64,000 nucleotides of DNA, taken from Macrostomum hystrix (lineage: Eukaryota > Animalia > Platyhelminthes). Shown in pieces: positions 1 to 12,821 of this stretch (within the stretch, counting starts at the first letter, position 1; each line of letters begins with the position of its first letter). The notes below the pieces were generated by a model that was given only the letters and a program-made list of their open reading frames with translations, did no database searches and had not been told where the DNA came from. The position numbers and the translations under genes are program-made. The stretch is taken from assembly GCA_950097015.1 (NCBI GenBank), contig CATNEN010000025.1:434001-498000 (forward strand), given 5' to 3'.

Positions 1-940
1 GCCGGAAATTCTCGGATAAGAAGGCGTAGATGATCGGGTTGACGCAGCTATTCATGTAGGCCAGCATCTGCGAGACGGCCTGCAGGTAGCGGAACCAGTC
101 GTCCTCGAAGTCTTTGTACCACATCTGCAGGGCGAACACAACGTGAATAGGCAGCCAGCAGGTGCCAAAGATGGCAATCACGATCACAACCATGCGGGTC
201 ACGCGGCGCTTTGATCTGGCCGCCTCGCCAGACTGGGAGATGCCGGCCGCCCGGCCGCAGGTGAGCTTGCGCACCAGCAGGGCGTACAGCGTGATGATGA
301 CAAGGAAGGGCAGCAGGTACCCCAGCAGGCCGAAAATAGAGTAGAACAGCTTGCCAGCCGGGCTGGCGCCGGCGCTTCCTAGAAAGCGTCGATTGACACA
401 GGCGGTGACAGGATGCGCCGAGCAGTTTCCGGAGCGACAGAAGCCCAGGTTGACAACTCCGACGTCAACGGCAAAGGGCACGTGGCACATGCCGATCAGT
501 ATCCAGGTGGCGGCCACGGCGATGAGAGTGTTGCGCTGATTGCGCAGCCCAATGCTGCGAATCGGGTGCACCACGGCCAGGTACCTGTCGGCGCTCATTA
601 GCACGAGGGTGTACACGCTGCCGTACACGGGCACGAAGGTGAAGTACTGGAACACGACGCAGGCCGCGTGCCCGAACACCCAGCCCATGATGTAGAACAG
701 GATAGTCAGGGGCACGCAGAAGATGATGAACAGGAGGTCGGCGATAGCCAGAGAGGTGATGAGGATGTTGGTGGTGTTGCGCATGTGGTTATTGGCTACA
801 ATCACCGTAATCACCAGCAGATTTCCAAAGAAGCCAAGCAACACAACTAGGCTGAATAGGACCGTCACAGTGGCAACGAAGCCAAAGGCGTGCTGGTTAC
901 AGACGGTCAGATTCTGGCAGTCGACTGTATCGTTGTCCAT
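1..940 (-). CDS. Class A neuropeptide GPCR, allatostatin-A/galanin receptor-like (3' end outside window; absent from ORF track)
   Basis: Manual translation from ATG at 940 (in-frame TAA 6 codons upstream): MDNDTVDC..GFFGNLLVI..MRNTTNILITSLAIADLLFIIFCVP..SADRYLAVVHPIRS..CWLPIH..LAYMNSCVNPIIYAFLSENFR. All 7 TM motifs present and no stop to position 2. Confidence 0.92.
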   Translation of the reverse strand, partial: MDNDTVDCQNLTVCNQHAFGFVATVTVLFSLVVLLGFFGNLLVITVIVANNHMRNTTNILITSLAIADLLFIIFCVPLTILFYIMGWVFGHAACVVFQYFTFVPVYGSVYTLVLMSADRYLAVVHPIRSIGLRNQRNTLIAVAATWILIGMCHVPFAVDVGVVNLGFCRSGNCSAHPVTACVNRRFLGSAGASPAGKLFYSIFGLLGYLLPFLVIITLYALLVRKLTCGRAAGISQSGEAARSKRRVTRMVVIVIAIFGTCWLPIHVVFALQMWYKDFEDDWFRYLQAVSQMLAYMNSCVNPIIYAFLSENFR

Positions 941-1995
941 GACCAGGTGTCTAGTTTACCTGGTGCAAAGGAGGTGCAATCGATTCTCTATGCAATTGAA
1001 TGACGGTACATGATTAGAACCACATTAGCTTTGGATAACCCTTTAACAGCCGGACGGCCTTTCAAAGCAAATTAAAGCTCTTGAATGACCAATGCCAATA
1101 ATATACTTGGGAATGGTATACGGTCAAAGCAAAATCATTCCATCTGTACTTTCTCCTCCTCAATTCCTGTCGCTGTTTTCTTGTTTCCAATGATAATAAT
1201 TTTACTAATTCCATTTCGTTAATGGACAGGGCAGTACCAATGGCCGGGCCGCAAGCGGTTTTGGCTCACCGAACCTCATCAGGCTAATGCGCTACTATCG
1301 ATTCGAACTGTGCTCAACTCGGAGGCCATAGCTGAGGCTGAGTCATCAATCACTGAGCTTGAGTAAACTCGAATTCGCATAATTGCGCATAACTGGCCAA
1401 ACTTTACCTGGCTAAACACCTTAGAAATTTCATTGCAGCGTCCTTGCTCACAATTGGACCCGACAAGTGACAATCACAATTCTACTGCAAGCTTAAACAG
1501 CTGCATCTTTCCTGCTGCCCAGAACCAGCAAACCAGCCAGCTGAGTTCCACAACCTCAGACTGGAATCGGACAATTAACCCAAATTGGGAAATTTCTGCG
1601 AATTAGTAAACATGCTTTCAAGGGAGTATAACGTGTTTTAGCTCTGAACGGTAATTAGCAAAGTTATTTCGCTCTCAGTAATGTGGTAATCACCACACGG
1701 CCCGGTAAGGGAGCTCTTGTCCTGGCAATTAATGGGGCCAATGGAGAGTGCGCGGCAACCCTTTCAGCGCATTCCCAGACATCCCTGTGTCATTTCCTAA
1801 GTGCTGACACGACTGCGCTTGTTAATTTTTTGTTTTCCCGACTATTCAGGACAGGTTTAGATGGGAAATGGCATTACAGCCTCTAAAATGGCTATTTTCT
1901 GATTTGCTGCGGTCGCTTTAAGCTTTTTGCCCTCATCCTGATCTGGTCTACATCTTCTTTTAGTACACCGCTAGTTTATTACAGAACAGGCTTAG

Positions 1996-2306
1996 TCTCT
2001 TATCTGACAACTTTATCAGCCATTCTCTCTTATCTGACACCTTTCTGAGCAATTCTCTCTTATCTGACACTTTTCTGAGCAATTCTCTCTTATCTGACAC
2101 CTTTCTGAGCAATTCTCTCTTATCTGACACCTTTCTGAGCAATTCTCTCTTATCTGACACCTTTCTGAGCAATTCTCTCTTATCTGACACCTTTCTGAGC
2201 AATTCTCTCTTATCTGACACCTTTCTGAGCAATTCTCTCTTATCTGACACCTTTCTGAGCAATTCTCTCTTATCTGACACCTTTCTGAGCAATTCTCTCT
2301 TATCTG
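1996..2306. repeat. 30-bp minisatellite, ~10 copies
   Basis: Unit AATTCTCTCTTATCTGACACCTTTCTGAGC. Confidence 0.97.
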
Positions 2307-3607
2307 TGCAGCATTGGTCACAAATATTTGATATTGATTAATCAGAAACTCTGAATCACATTTTCATTCTCGTTCTCATTGTTGAAGTTGCTTTTCCCAT
2401 TGTCCCTGTCCCTGTTTTTTCAGGATCTGATCGATAAACTTTCATCTTGCCAATGGTACCATTGTGTTGCTCTCCCATTCTTTTTTTCTAGATAAAAAGT
2501 TGTCTACTTATCTGGAGTCTTTAGGCGACAAAAATGTCTACGAGAAGAATGTAAAGTTGGAAAAAAATAGTGCAGATGTAAGTGTGGATATGGTAAGCAC
2601 TGGATCGATGAATTCAGGTGTATAAAATTGCTGCACGATGAGAAGACAACTGCCTAGTCTTAAAACTTCTAGCTAAACACTTTATACGCAACACTCAAAC
2701 CTTTTTAAGCCCTTTTTTCAACATTAGTCAGGAGAAGCCTGACTTCTTTTTTTATTCTTTCTTTTTTTCATCTGACACTGTCATCTGACATTTTAGTAAA
2801 CTGACATTTTTTCAATCAGACATTTATTTTTTTCAGACCTTTTTAATTTGATTTGTCTTGATTTTCGAAATTTTCGAATCGTTATTTCGGCGAGTGAGAA
2901 AGTCAGGCAAAGGCCGCTTGCTTTGAGATTTCTTTCGACTTGCGAAAAAAGTTTTTTCTTAGCTGCGAGCCCTGTCATAAGGCAATGTCCCCTCCAGCTG
3001 CAGGCTGTGATTGAGGGCCCGCGGTCTGGTCAGGGGCGAATTGTCCCCTTCCGCTGGGAGACCCTCAGACCGCGCTCGCCCCAGCTTGGCGAGGCCCGGA
3101 AATTCAACTGGAGAGTGGGGACCAATTCCCCAGAGAGACAGAGAGGAAGAGAGGAGAAAGGGAGAGGACTAGAAGATTCTTGGTGGCAACCAGGCGATAC
3201 CCAGTCTGTCTTTCTCCAGCTGGTCAGGGCGGAGGTCAGGGCCGAATTGTAATTGTAGCCTGATTAGCATGGCAGAGGCATGGATAGCAGCTCACGCGCA
3301 CACTAATCACAGGTTTTGACTGCTCACGGTCATGCAGGCGGAGGATGAGGAGGGGGCAAAGTGGGCGAGCCTTCATAAGAAAAATATTTCTCCACTTCCC
3401 TTCGACCAGAGTTTTTCTCGAGCCTCCAAGGGGCAAGTTCGGTGTTACTTCAAGATTTCCTAGCTGAGGGGGGGATGAAGAGAGAAGTGGAAGTGAAACC
3501 TGACACAACCCCCATCGCCCCTCCCGCAGGCCGAGGCAATGCGACAAATTTATGCAGCTAAACGCAAAAAGTCCAGTGTGCCTATAGCTCTTATTCTTAT
3601 TCTTCCA

Positions 3608-3608
<1 letters not shown>

Positions 3609-3641
<33 letters not shown>
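3609..3641. repeat. (CTG)11 microsatellite
   Basis: Direct reading. Confidence 0.95.
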
Positions 3642-3643
<2 letters not shown>

Positions 3644-4334
3644 TCTAAAAATGAAATTCAACAAATCTGGACTGAGACCAGATGGGGCCCAATTTGATTC
3701 GGTTGGACAGATAACAAAGGGAGGAGAAGAAAATCTCATTTGTTAGCAGATGAGGCGCGTCAATAGCATGATGTCGGATGCTGCAGTCTGGCATAAATTT
3801 TCGCCACCAACATTCCCGAGTATCCATCGGGAAAACTTTTCTTTAGCTCCACAAAAATACAAAGGCAAGAGAAAAAAGTTTCGGTTAAAATTTCTGAAGC
3901 CCTCGGGGCGGGTCGTGCAGAACAAGGTTTGCGTCAGAGGCGAAAATGTAGAGGTGCTAAAACCAGCAGGCCTCCGCAGCTGCAGATGCTGGGCGCCCCG
4001 CCCTCTGATTTACTGCTGGGGGCATTGTACCTGATTGTAAACTGTGCTACGGAAACTTATACTGCAGATCAGCATATGCCGACTATAAATTTTAAATCGT
4101 TGAGCGTTAAACATCACCGATCTACGTAGTTTGACGGTTGATTGTATGGACGTCTTCACGAATTCGAGACTAAGCCTTTATTGCTGATCTCTGCTACCAT
4201 ATAGTTGGTTTCGCCTGTTGTTTGGGTCGAAATGAGGCAGGCTAACTGCAGGTGATGCGGCTGGTGCTAACTTCTCTGACATAGTGCGGCTAACGAGCTC
4301 AAGGCTGTTGACCCATTATCGATCAATCTGACCC

Positions 4335-5260
4335 ACATCATTTTATCAATCTGACACTTTATCATCTGACACTTACTTAAACTGACACTTTATCAATCTG
4401 ACACTCTACTCTATCTGACAATTTATCAATCTGACACTCTATCTGACACTATCAATCTGACACTCTACTCTATCTGACACTTTATCAATCTGACACTCTA
4501 TCTGACACTTTATCAATCTGACACTCTACTCTATCTGACACTTTATCAATCTGACACTCTATCTGACACTTTATCAATCTGACACTACTCTATCTGACAC
4601 TTTATTATCAATCTGACACTCTATCTGACTCTATCTATCTATCTATTTGCAGGGGGGCCCGGGGCACTTGTCGCACAAGCGACGGAGCGGCACGCCCCCA
4701 GACCGGCGAACTAGGCGCTTTTGCGCCCATCGAGCCGCCTCCCCTGAGCAGGCACCACACACAGCAGCACAGACCAGCCGGGGAGGGCAGGAGGCACCCA
4801 GAATAGGCAGCAGTGTCCCCCACCCCAGCCCCACACGCACATAGCAGACCAAGCCGGGGCGGAAGGCTGATAAGAAATCAGTCCTCAGGGGGGGCTGGGT
4901 GATGAGTGTACACTTATCCAATCGCGCTGACGGAAGTCCAGAAAGCGCGCGGCGGCGTACACCCGCTCTCCAGCCACCCCCCGCAAGGTCTCACGCCCCA
5001 GCGCCAACGCACACAACCACTCTATCTGACACTTTATCAATCAGACACTCTATCTGACACTTTATCAATCTGACACTCTATCTGACACTTTATCAATCTG
5101 ACACTCTATCTGACACTTTATCAATTTGACACTCTATCTGACACTTTATCAATCTGACACTCTACTCTATCTGACACTTTATCAATCTGACACTCTATCT
5201 GACACTTTATCAATCTGAAATTTCATCAAAGTGACATTCTTTCAATCTGTCACTTTATCT
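4335..5260. repeat. ATCTGACAC-based mixed satellite interrupted by an insertion at ~4631-5017
   Basis: Units TTTATCAATCTGACAC and TCTATCTGACAC on both sides of the insert. Confidence 0.93.
4631..5017 (-). mobile_element. GC-rich insertion with (ATAG)n tail; probable 3' fragment of a non-LTR retroelement
   Basis: Abrupt GC-rich block inside the satellite; minus strand ends CAAATAGATAGATAGATAG; no ORF homology recognised. Confidence 0.45.
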
Positions 5261-5984
5261 GAAATTTATCCATATTTTTCACCTAACTGTAGCCTAACAG
5301 GTAAGGATGAACATGTCAATATTGAAAACACTCGAATTAGAAAATACAATGAATAATTCACACTTTGAAAAGAAATCATATTAAAAACTCAATAAATTTC
5401 ACTCTCTCTCTCTTAAAAGTGCACGGGTGTCACCGGTAGTTCATTCGTTCTACTCTTCTGAAAACAGAAGGTCATTGTGAGTTTTATGCCTTCGATATTA
5501 ACAAAGTCCATTGTAGCCACAAAGCAGAATGAGTGAGTGTCGTGGCCAATACTGGCATGCTGGGCTTCAATTTGTCATTGTTGAGAGTCATGGGTAGGGG
5601 TAGTGGAGTCAAAATTGAGCACAATGAGCAGAGTTTGCATAACTTTGATCACAACGGACGCGGTGCCTTACACAGAGTCACAAAGGAAGCCATCTATCTC
5701 TTCGGTGAATGAACATTCATGCCTACAGAAGTTTTGGCAGTGAAGGCGTGTGTTATTTGAATCAGTTTTTACACGACTCAGCCTTTGGAAGATGGCGCTC
5801 AAAATTATGATTTAGTGAGGTCAGTGAGGGCCCCACTAACAACGGTGAGCCGCTGGTCATGGTCATCATCATTTTTGTTAAAACTGGCAACTGGCACTGG
5901 TCATCAAAGGTATCTGGACTTACCCCTATTGAATTTAATGGGATGGAATCGTAGCCAGATGGGATCTCGATGGGGTGGGATTTT

Positions 5985-6720
5985 GTGAGTGGGGATTTCG
6001 GGGAGGTGGAATTTCGGGGAGGTGGGATTTCGGGGAGGTGGGATTTCGGGGAGGTGGGATTTCGGGGAGGTGGGATTTCGGGGAGGTGGGATTTCGGGGA
6101 GGTGGGATTTCGGGGAGGTGGGATTTCGGTGGGGTGGGATTTCGGTGGGGTGGGATTTCGGGGAGGTGGGATTAATAATAATAATAATTGCAGGAGGGCT
6201 GCGGGCAATGGCACATCATTTAGTGACACTAGACCCGCAGGCAGCGAGGAGGCAATTCTGCCCATTTCGCTGACTCCTGAGCACACACGCACACAGATAC
6301 TGTACGCAGGCATACGCTCACACAGGTGTGTACATCTGCCCTGACTTTCTCATCGTCAGGCAGTGTACACTCTCACTGTGCCTTGGAGGTTGGCCCTCAA
6401 GGGCGTAAATTGCACGACAAGCCCTCAAGCCTTCTCTCCGCGGCTGCGCCCCAAATAAAAGTGGCGTCGCCGTGGAATCGAACTTAGGGACCTTGGTGCG
6501 AGAGGCAAACGCGATGACCGCTCTGCCACCGACCCCCCTAAATTTCGGGGAGGTGGGATTTCGGAGAGGTGGGATTTCGGTGGGGTGGGATTTCGGGGAG
6601 GTGGGATTTTGGTAGTGTGGGATTTCAGAGTGGTGGGATTTCGGGGAGGTGGGATTTCGGTGGGGTGGGATTTCCACCAGGTGGGATTTCCGCCAGGTGG
6701 GATTTCGGTGAAGTGGGATT
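5985..6720. repeat. 16-bp G-rich minisatellite split by a SINE
   Basis: Unit GGGATTTCGGGGAGGT at 5985-6170 and 6540-6720. Confidence 0.95.
6173..6537 (-). mobile_element. tRNA-derived SINE, family A, full length
   Basis: Minus strand starts GGTGGCAGAGCGG (A box) .. GTTCGATTCC (B box) and ends in a (TTA)n tail; near-identical copy at 7391. Confidence 0.88.
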
Positions 6721-7390
6721 TTGTTCAGACGTGATTTCGTGTGTTAGGATTTCAGAACATTTTATGTTTCACTAGATAGTCTAGCTAGTTTAATAAGTTT
6801 AATTTCTCGTACTGTTTGCTGTTGACAATATCCAGCCGCAAATCTCTTTTCTCTCGCCCAAAAATAGCCGCATAGTCAGTAGGAACTTTTCAAACAAAAT
6901 CCTTTGAAAACTGGCCAGGCGAGTCCGAGTTGGCACGCTTATCTCGATGAAAATCCATCAGCAGAAACTGGCTTTAGACCCGCTTAGGGTGAGTGAGAAG
7001 AAATCTTTCAAAAAGTGCGGCTTCTCACTCAGCTTTGTCTCCAGGCTGTTCTAAATCGCAGCAGGTGAGGTACCTGGAGGGCTAAGGTGAGTTTTTCACA
7101 AACGCAAGCTAAGCTGATTAGCGGTTGAATACTCGGCCTCACAGTGTCTTTTATCGAATCAGGCGATTGCACCTGATGGCACCCGGGCTTGGTGGGAAAA
7201 ATTATTGACGTCTTTACTTGTCTTCTTAATGAAGTGAGGACCTAAACCTAGCCCAGTTGGGCCAGATGGCACAGCCGCAGCTATTGCGCGGCGCTGTGTA
7301 CAGCTGTTCGGTCCACGGACTGGAAAGACAGCTTAATCTTAATATCTATGCAAGCTCCTGGCCTAATAAAATAAATAAAAAGAATATTTA

Positions 7391-7717
7391 TAATTGCAGG
7401 AAGGCTGTGGGCAATGGCACATCATTTACAGTCACTAGAGGTGGCAATTTTGCCCATTCCACTGACTCCTGAGCGCACACGCACACAGATACCGAGGCAT
7501 AAGCTCACACAGGTGAGTACATCTGCACTGACTTTCTCATCGTCAGGCAGTGTACACTCTCACTGTGCCTTGGAGGTTGGCCCTCAAGGGTGTAAATTGC
7601 ACGACAAGCCCCCCAAGCCTTCTCTCCGCGGCTGCGCCCCAAATGAACGTGGCCTCACCGCGGAATCGAGCTCAGGGACCTTGGTGCGAGAGGCAAACGC
7701 GATAACCGCTCTGCCAC
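7391..7717 (-). mobile_element. tRNA-derived SINE, family A
   Basis: Colinear with 6173-6537 apart from a short internal deletion. Confidence 0.88.
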
Positions 7718-8384
7718 TTTGCATCTTATTTATGAAACTATGATGACGATGTCTCATTGCAAAATCGCCGCTTTATCGTTATTTATCCTCCTTAAAAGCA
7801 ATTCCTTTTTTGGCCGTCTTTGAGAATTCTCCGCTTCGGAATGGGCTTTTATTTTTTTTTTACGCACCGTTGCTTGAGAACCTCCGTCTGACGCGCGGCG
7901 CAGTAGATGCTGTCGGTATCTGGGTGGGTGAGGGAACAGACAAGGCATTAAAGTTGCATTGGATGGCAAAAAAACACACAGTCGAAATATATTCCAATAA
8001 CTCTGCATGAGGAAGTGAGACTGGGAAACAAGAAGAGTGAGCCAATGCCGCTCTGTTTCCGCAGCAGCAAAAGCACTTTGGCTCACAGTCTCTCTGGCGT
8101 AGCCGCATCTCAATTGGTCCATCAAACATGGATTCCGATAGATACACAGAGCGGATTCTTACTTGTATTCAGCCTCTAAAAGAAGAGGAACATACCTCAA
8201 ATATAAATATAAAGTGAGTGGCTCTTACAGATGGAGTGTGAGACACTTGAAGCGGAAGATGTAACTGAGTCCAGTCTAGTTCTTCCTATACTCAAAGCCA
8301 CTGTCTCTGAGATCCAATTCACTAGTTAGAAATCGTCAACTAGACAAAAGAAATTAAATGTGCATTAGCGATAATGAGGCTCAT

Positions 8385-8520
8385 GACCTGATGGAATGAG
8401 GCTCATGACCTGATGGAGTGAGGCTTATGACCTGATGGAGTGAGGCTTATGACCTGATGGAGTGAGGCTCATGACTTGATGGAGTGAGGCTTATGACCTG
8501 ATGGAGTGAGGCTCATGACC
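8385..8520. repeat. 22-bp minisatellite, ~6 copies
   Basis: Unit GAGGCTCATGACCTGATGGAGT. Confidence 0.93.
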
Positions 8521-9164
8521 CAATCTGTCAATGTTTCTGTAGTGCAATCCATGTCCTGAAGGGCTGATATGCTCAAAAAAGTTTTGCACCAAGGAAGTGT
8601 CGGCAAGCAAACAGGTACAATAATGCAAAGGAGGCGAAGGACAAAGCCGCCATCGAACAATGGATGCCATCGAGATGCAGGAAAGAGGAGCCGAAATCCC
8701 GATTTGGCCTGCACTTCTTACTAACAAAGGCAAAGCACTGGGATATGCTGGGTCTACACAGCGGAATCAGCTATAGTTTATCTGCCTCAGGCCTCCAGGG
8801 CTTGTGGGAGAATAATGCCACATATAGGCTCAACTCTAGACAGGGGGGAGCTGGGTGGGAAGACTGTCACGATCTGCCAGGGCCGCTGGGCGGAGGAAAC
8901 AGGAGATCGAAGTTCTGATAGAAAAAATAAAGAAAGGCAGAGAAGGCAAAAAAATAGAGAAAAAGCGGCGACAGGGCGTGTGACACGTTCGTCACAAGCC
9001 AAGTGACTTGCATTGCCAACCGGACCTGTTTCTGTTGTGTTTGCTATCGATAAGACACTTCTCACTTGCCTCGTGTGCCGCGTCCGATTCCCTTCTGACC
9101 CAAGCACCGCCCCACTTACCCCCATCACCTGGCCTCACTGCCCAGTTAGGCATCAGCCGACTCT

Positions 9165-9490
9165 GCCTACCCGGCCCTCTGCCTTCGCTCTACCTCAACT
9201 TCTGCCTTCGCTCTACCTCACCTTCTGCCTTCGCTCCCCCCGCCCTCTACCGTCGCTCTACCTCACCTTCTGCCTTCGCTCTCCCTCACCTTCTGCCTTC
9301 GCTCTCCCTCACCTTCTGCCTTCGCTCTACCTCACCTTCTGCCTTCGCTCTACCTCACCTTCTGCCTTCGCTCCCCCCGCCCTCTGCCTTCGCTCTACCT
9401 CACCTTCTGCCTTCGTTCTCCCTCACCTTCTGCCTTCGTTCTCCCTCACCTTCTGCCTTCGTTCTCCCTCACCTTCTGCCTTCGCTCTCA
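9165..9490. repeat. 23-bp pyrimidine-rich minisatellite
   Basis: Unit CTCACCTTCTGCCTTCGCTCTAC. Confidence 0.95.
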
Positions 9491-9929
9491 TGCCCACTGC
9501 ATACTCACAGCCTCACAACCTCACCCCTTTTAATTGAATCCACAGGCAGAACGTGGGAACAGAGCAATCCTACTGAACTCTCGCCAACGCAGTGTTTTCT
9601 CTTACCTCTTCGTATAGACGGATGAGGAAGAGTTGGCGGTTTCTCGCAGAACTGCAATCTCTAAGGGGCAGTAGGTGAGCTTGCAGAAGCAGAAGGCGAC
9701 TCACAATCAATTTAAAGTGTAGGATACTTATTTGCCAGATTCCTGCAGTGCCTTAAGCGACCCCTCGGAATGGTCAAAACAGCCAGAGAATAAGAACACG
9801 GGCCGAAGCCAATCCGCGCTTACCGCACAGGAAAGTTTTGCTGGTCCAGCTTGGCCTGCAGCCAATCAAATCTGGGAAGTACCACCATTGCCTCAGTAGA
9901 CTGATGCACAGCTGGGAGGAGAGCTGACA

Positions 9930-10855
9930 CTTGGGATTTGAGAGACTGGGGAGTTTTGAGACTGGGAGGAGAGCTGAGACTAGGGATTTGAGAATGGGAG
10001 GAGTTTTGAGACTGGGAGGAGAGCTGAGACTAGGGATTTGAGAATGGGAGGAGTTTTGAGACTGGGAGGAGAGCTGAGACTAGGGATTTGAGAATGGGAG
10101 GAGTTTTGAGACTGGGAGGAGAGCTGAGACAAGGGAGTTTTGAGACTAGGGAGTTTTGAGACTGGGAGGAGAGCTGACACATCGGATTTGAGAGACTGGG
10201 GAGTTTTGAGACTGGGAGGAGAGCTGAGACTAGGGAGTTTTGAGAGTGGGGAGTTTTGAGACTGAGGAGAGTTTTGAGAATGAGAGTGGGGAGAGTGGGG
10301 AGAGTGGGGAGTTTTGAGACTGGCGAGATTTGAGACTGGGGATCCCGCGAGTTTTGAGACTGAGGGGAGTTTTGAGACTGATGGGAGTTTTGAGACTGAG
10401 GGGAGTTTTGAGACTAGGGAGTTTTGAGACTGGGGAGTTTTGAGAATGAGAGTGGGGAGAGTGGGGAGTTTTGAGACTAGGGATTTGAGAGACTGGGGAG
10501 TTTTGAGACTGAGGGGAGTTTTGAGACTGATGGGAGTTTTGAGACTGAGGGGAGTTTTGAGACTGAGGGGAGTTTTGAGACTGAGGGGAGTTTTGAGACT
10601 GAGGGGAGTTTTGAGACTGGGGAGTTTTGAGAATGAGAGTGGGGAGAGTGGGGAGTTTAGAGAGTGGGGAGTTTTGAGATTGAGGGCAGTTTTGAGATTG
10701 AGGGGAGTTTTGAGACTGAGGGGAGTTTTGAGACTGATGGGAGTTTTGAGAATGAGGGGAGTTTGAGACTAGGGAGTTTTGAGACTGAGGGGAGTTTGAG
10801 ACTAGGGAGTTTTGAGACTAGGGAGTTTTGAGACAGTGGTCAGAGCTGAGACTGG
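9930..10855. repeat. Compound purine-rich minisatellite (mainly 18-bp)
   Basis: Core GAGTTTTGAGACTGAGGG with variants. Confidence 0.93.
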
Positions 10856-12131
10856 AGGGAGAGATGAGAAAAGGATAAGAAAGAATGAAGAGGTGCGAGA
10901 TAAAAAACGAACAATGGAGGAGAGATGAGAAAACAAGTTGAGATCAACTGAATGGACTGATAAGTGAGTGAGGCCGAAGAAAAAATGGGTCAGACCCGGT
11001 CAGTTTCCAGGAAATTGAGTTGTCACTCGTGTCGCTGTAGAGCCACAGTTATTGGCTGGCCTGTGAAGTGTGAAGCAAACATGGCTAGCAGATAGTTACT
11101 AAGTTCATAAACTAGAGCGAAATATGAAAAATGATTCTGTTTCTGTTGTAAGTAAATCTAGCGGCAAATTCTGTCAACCCACTTCATTTTCACCTGGCTG
11201 ACAGTTTATGAGTTTACGCCTGAAAAGCTTCGAAAAGTGAGTCCCAGCTAGAAGCTTTTGAAATACAACAAAAACATTTCAATAGCCATGAAATGTATGC
11301 ACCTTTGAAAGACTTTTAAAACCTTTCTTTCTTGAGCTTTTATCGGACGTGCGGAACATTTATTTTCCAGCTTTGTTTTCGACAGCACAAAAGTGCACAA
11401 CTGTTTTTCCTAGAAGCCAAGTACCCTTTTACCGTCAATTTCTAGAAAATTCGAGTTTTTAACAGAGCAAAATTTACATCTACTCAAAGTCTTATCAGGC
11501 CTATCAATTAGTTGCTTTACTAGCATATCTTTAGTTCTGGATTGACAAAGGGGACACTCTAATTACATTTTATTTCTTAGTTTAAAAACACTAAATTGAG
11601 ACTCATTTAGGCTAGAAAAAACTGTTAATTTGGTGTCAATTAAACTAAACATTTTTGTCCGCCATCAAATGTCGCAACTTGATAAATACGAGCTACATTT
11701 AGCATGCAATTTTAGGAAGCAAAATTTAGCAAGAAATTTTCCTGGCCGATCGGTGAAATTCTTGAAAACTCTCAGCTTGGACTTCTCGTTATTTTCTGTG
11801 ACAAACAAAACTTTGCCTGACAAAACTCAAGCAGCATAAAATGCTGACTAGAAAAATTTATATGAGCAATAAATATTAAATTTTAAATTACCATAAAAAG
11901 TGATATATAATGAGAAAAGTGAATTAGAAATAACAATTATTTTTATATTAAAAAATTCGGAACAGATAAAGAATTACTGATCACTGTAAAAAAACTTCCC
12001 GTGCTTTGATTCTCATTCACTACTCATGGAAGTAGCAATTGTTGTGAGTTTTGTGAAAATATTAGGCGCATTAAAAGCCTGAAAAGACAATATATTTTCG
12101 AATAACAGTAGCAGTCCGTCACAATGCTCAT

Positions 12132-12430
12132 TGTGAATAAACTTGGACTTAGAGCGCTGGTTTAGGTGACGGTCAACAAGCTCCAGTAGAAGCTCTAGGC
12201 CTTGAACAGTTTATTTATTCTGCTATCGGTATAAACCGATTAGGGAGGGGTGGGTTTTGAGAGGGGTACAGCTGAGTGCGCATAGCTGACAATAACAAGA
12301 TAGAGTGGGGCGATCTATAAGTTACTACATGTACATTAATTGAACGGAGTGGTGAGCGCATCAAAGCCGCGATGAGAAATAGATAGAGACTAAAGGTAAA
12401 ACTACTGGACAGTAGCACTTTTCCGCGACA
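12132..12430 (-). mobile_element. 3' LTR of BEL/Pao retrotransposon (~299 bp)
   Basis: Minus strand: polypurine tract TTTAGGGGAG, then TGTCGCGG .. AATAAATAAA .. TTCACA; TG..CA termini. Confidence 0.75.
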
Positions 12431-12821
12431 CTCCCCTAAATGAATTTATCATTTGTCTTCTGCAAAAGAGAAAAAAACGAGTACCACGAGCTCAACAATA
12501 GCAACATTGAATATTTCTAGATAAGGAAAAGCGAAGCAGCATACAATGAAACAAAAATATGTTGAAACGTAAATTAAAAATTGAAACAGTAAGACAAAAA
12601 TAGAAGGACCGAAATTCGAACATGTTGAGAAATTAAAATCAACAAATTATAGCAGCAGTTACGAGTATATTAGAGAGTGATTTGCGAAAAAATTTTTCGA
12701 AAAAAACGAAAAAAACAACAAAAACCGACACCAAAACCAAATTGTGGGAATACGCGAAGAAAAATTCGAATCAAAAACTTTTGAACCCGGAAAATGTCAG
12801 TGCAACGACAAAAAAGTGATT

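Noticed and set aside
162-1013. Plus-strand short ORFs over the GPCR
   Set aside because: Antisense shadows of the GC-rich minus-strand CDS; the same applies to shadows over REP, the 54-56 kb gene and the 7TM gene.
6335-6362. CTGACGA..GAAA hammerhead-like core in SINE A (minus strand)
   Set aside because: Only 3 nt between CUGANGA and GAAA (no stem II) and no NUH/stem III partner; a simple hairpin explains it. CTGATGA at 22397, 32418 and 41348 also lack the fold.
7754-8950. Moderately GC-rich minus-strand ORFs
   Set aside because: No recognisable domain or consistent splice chain; left unannotated.
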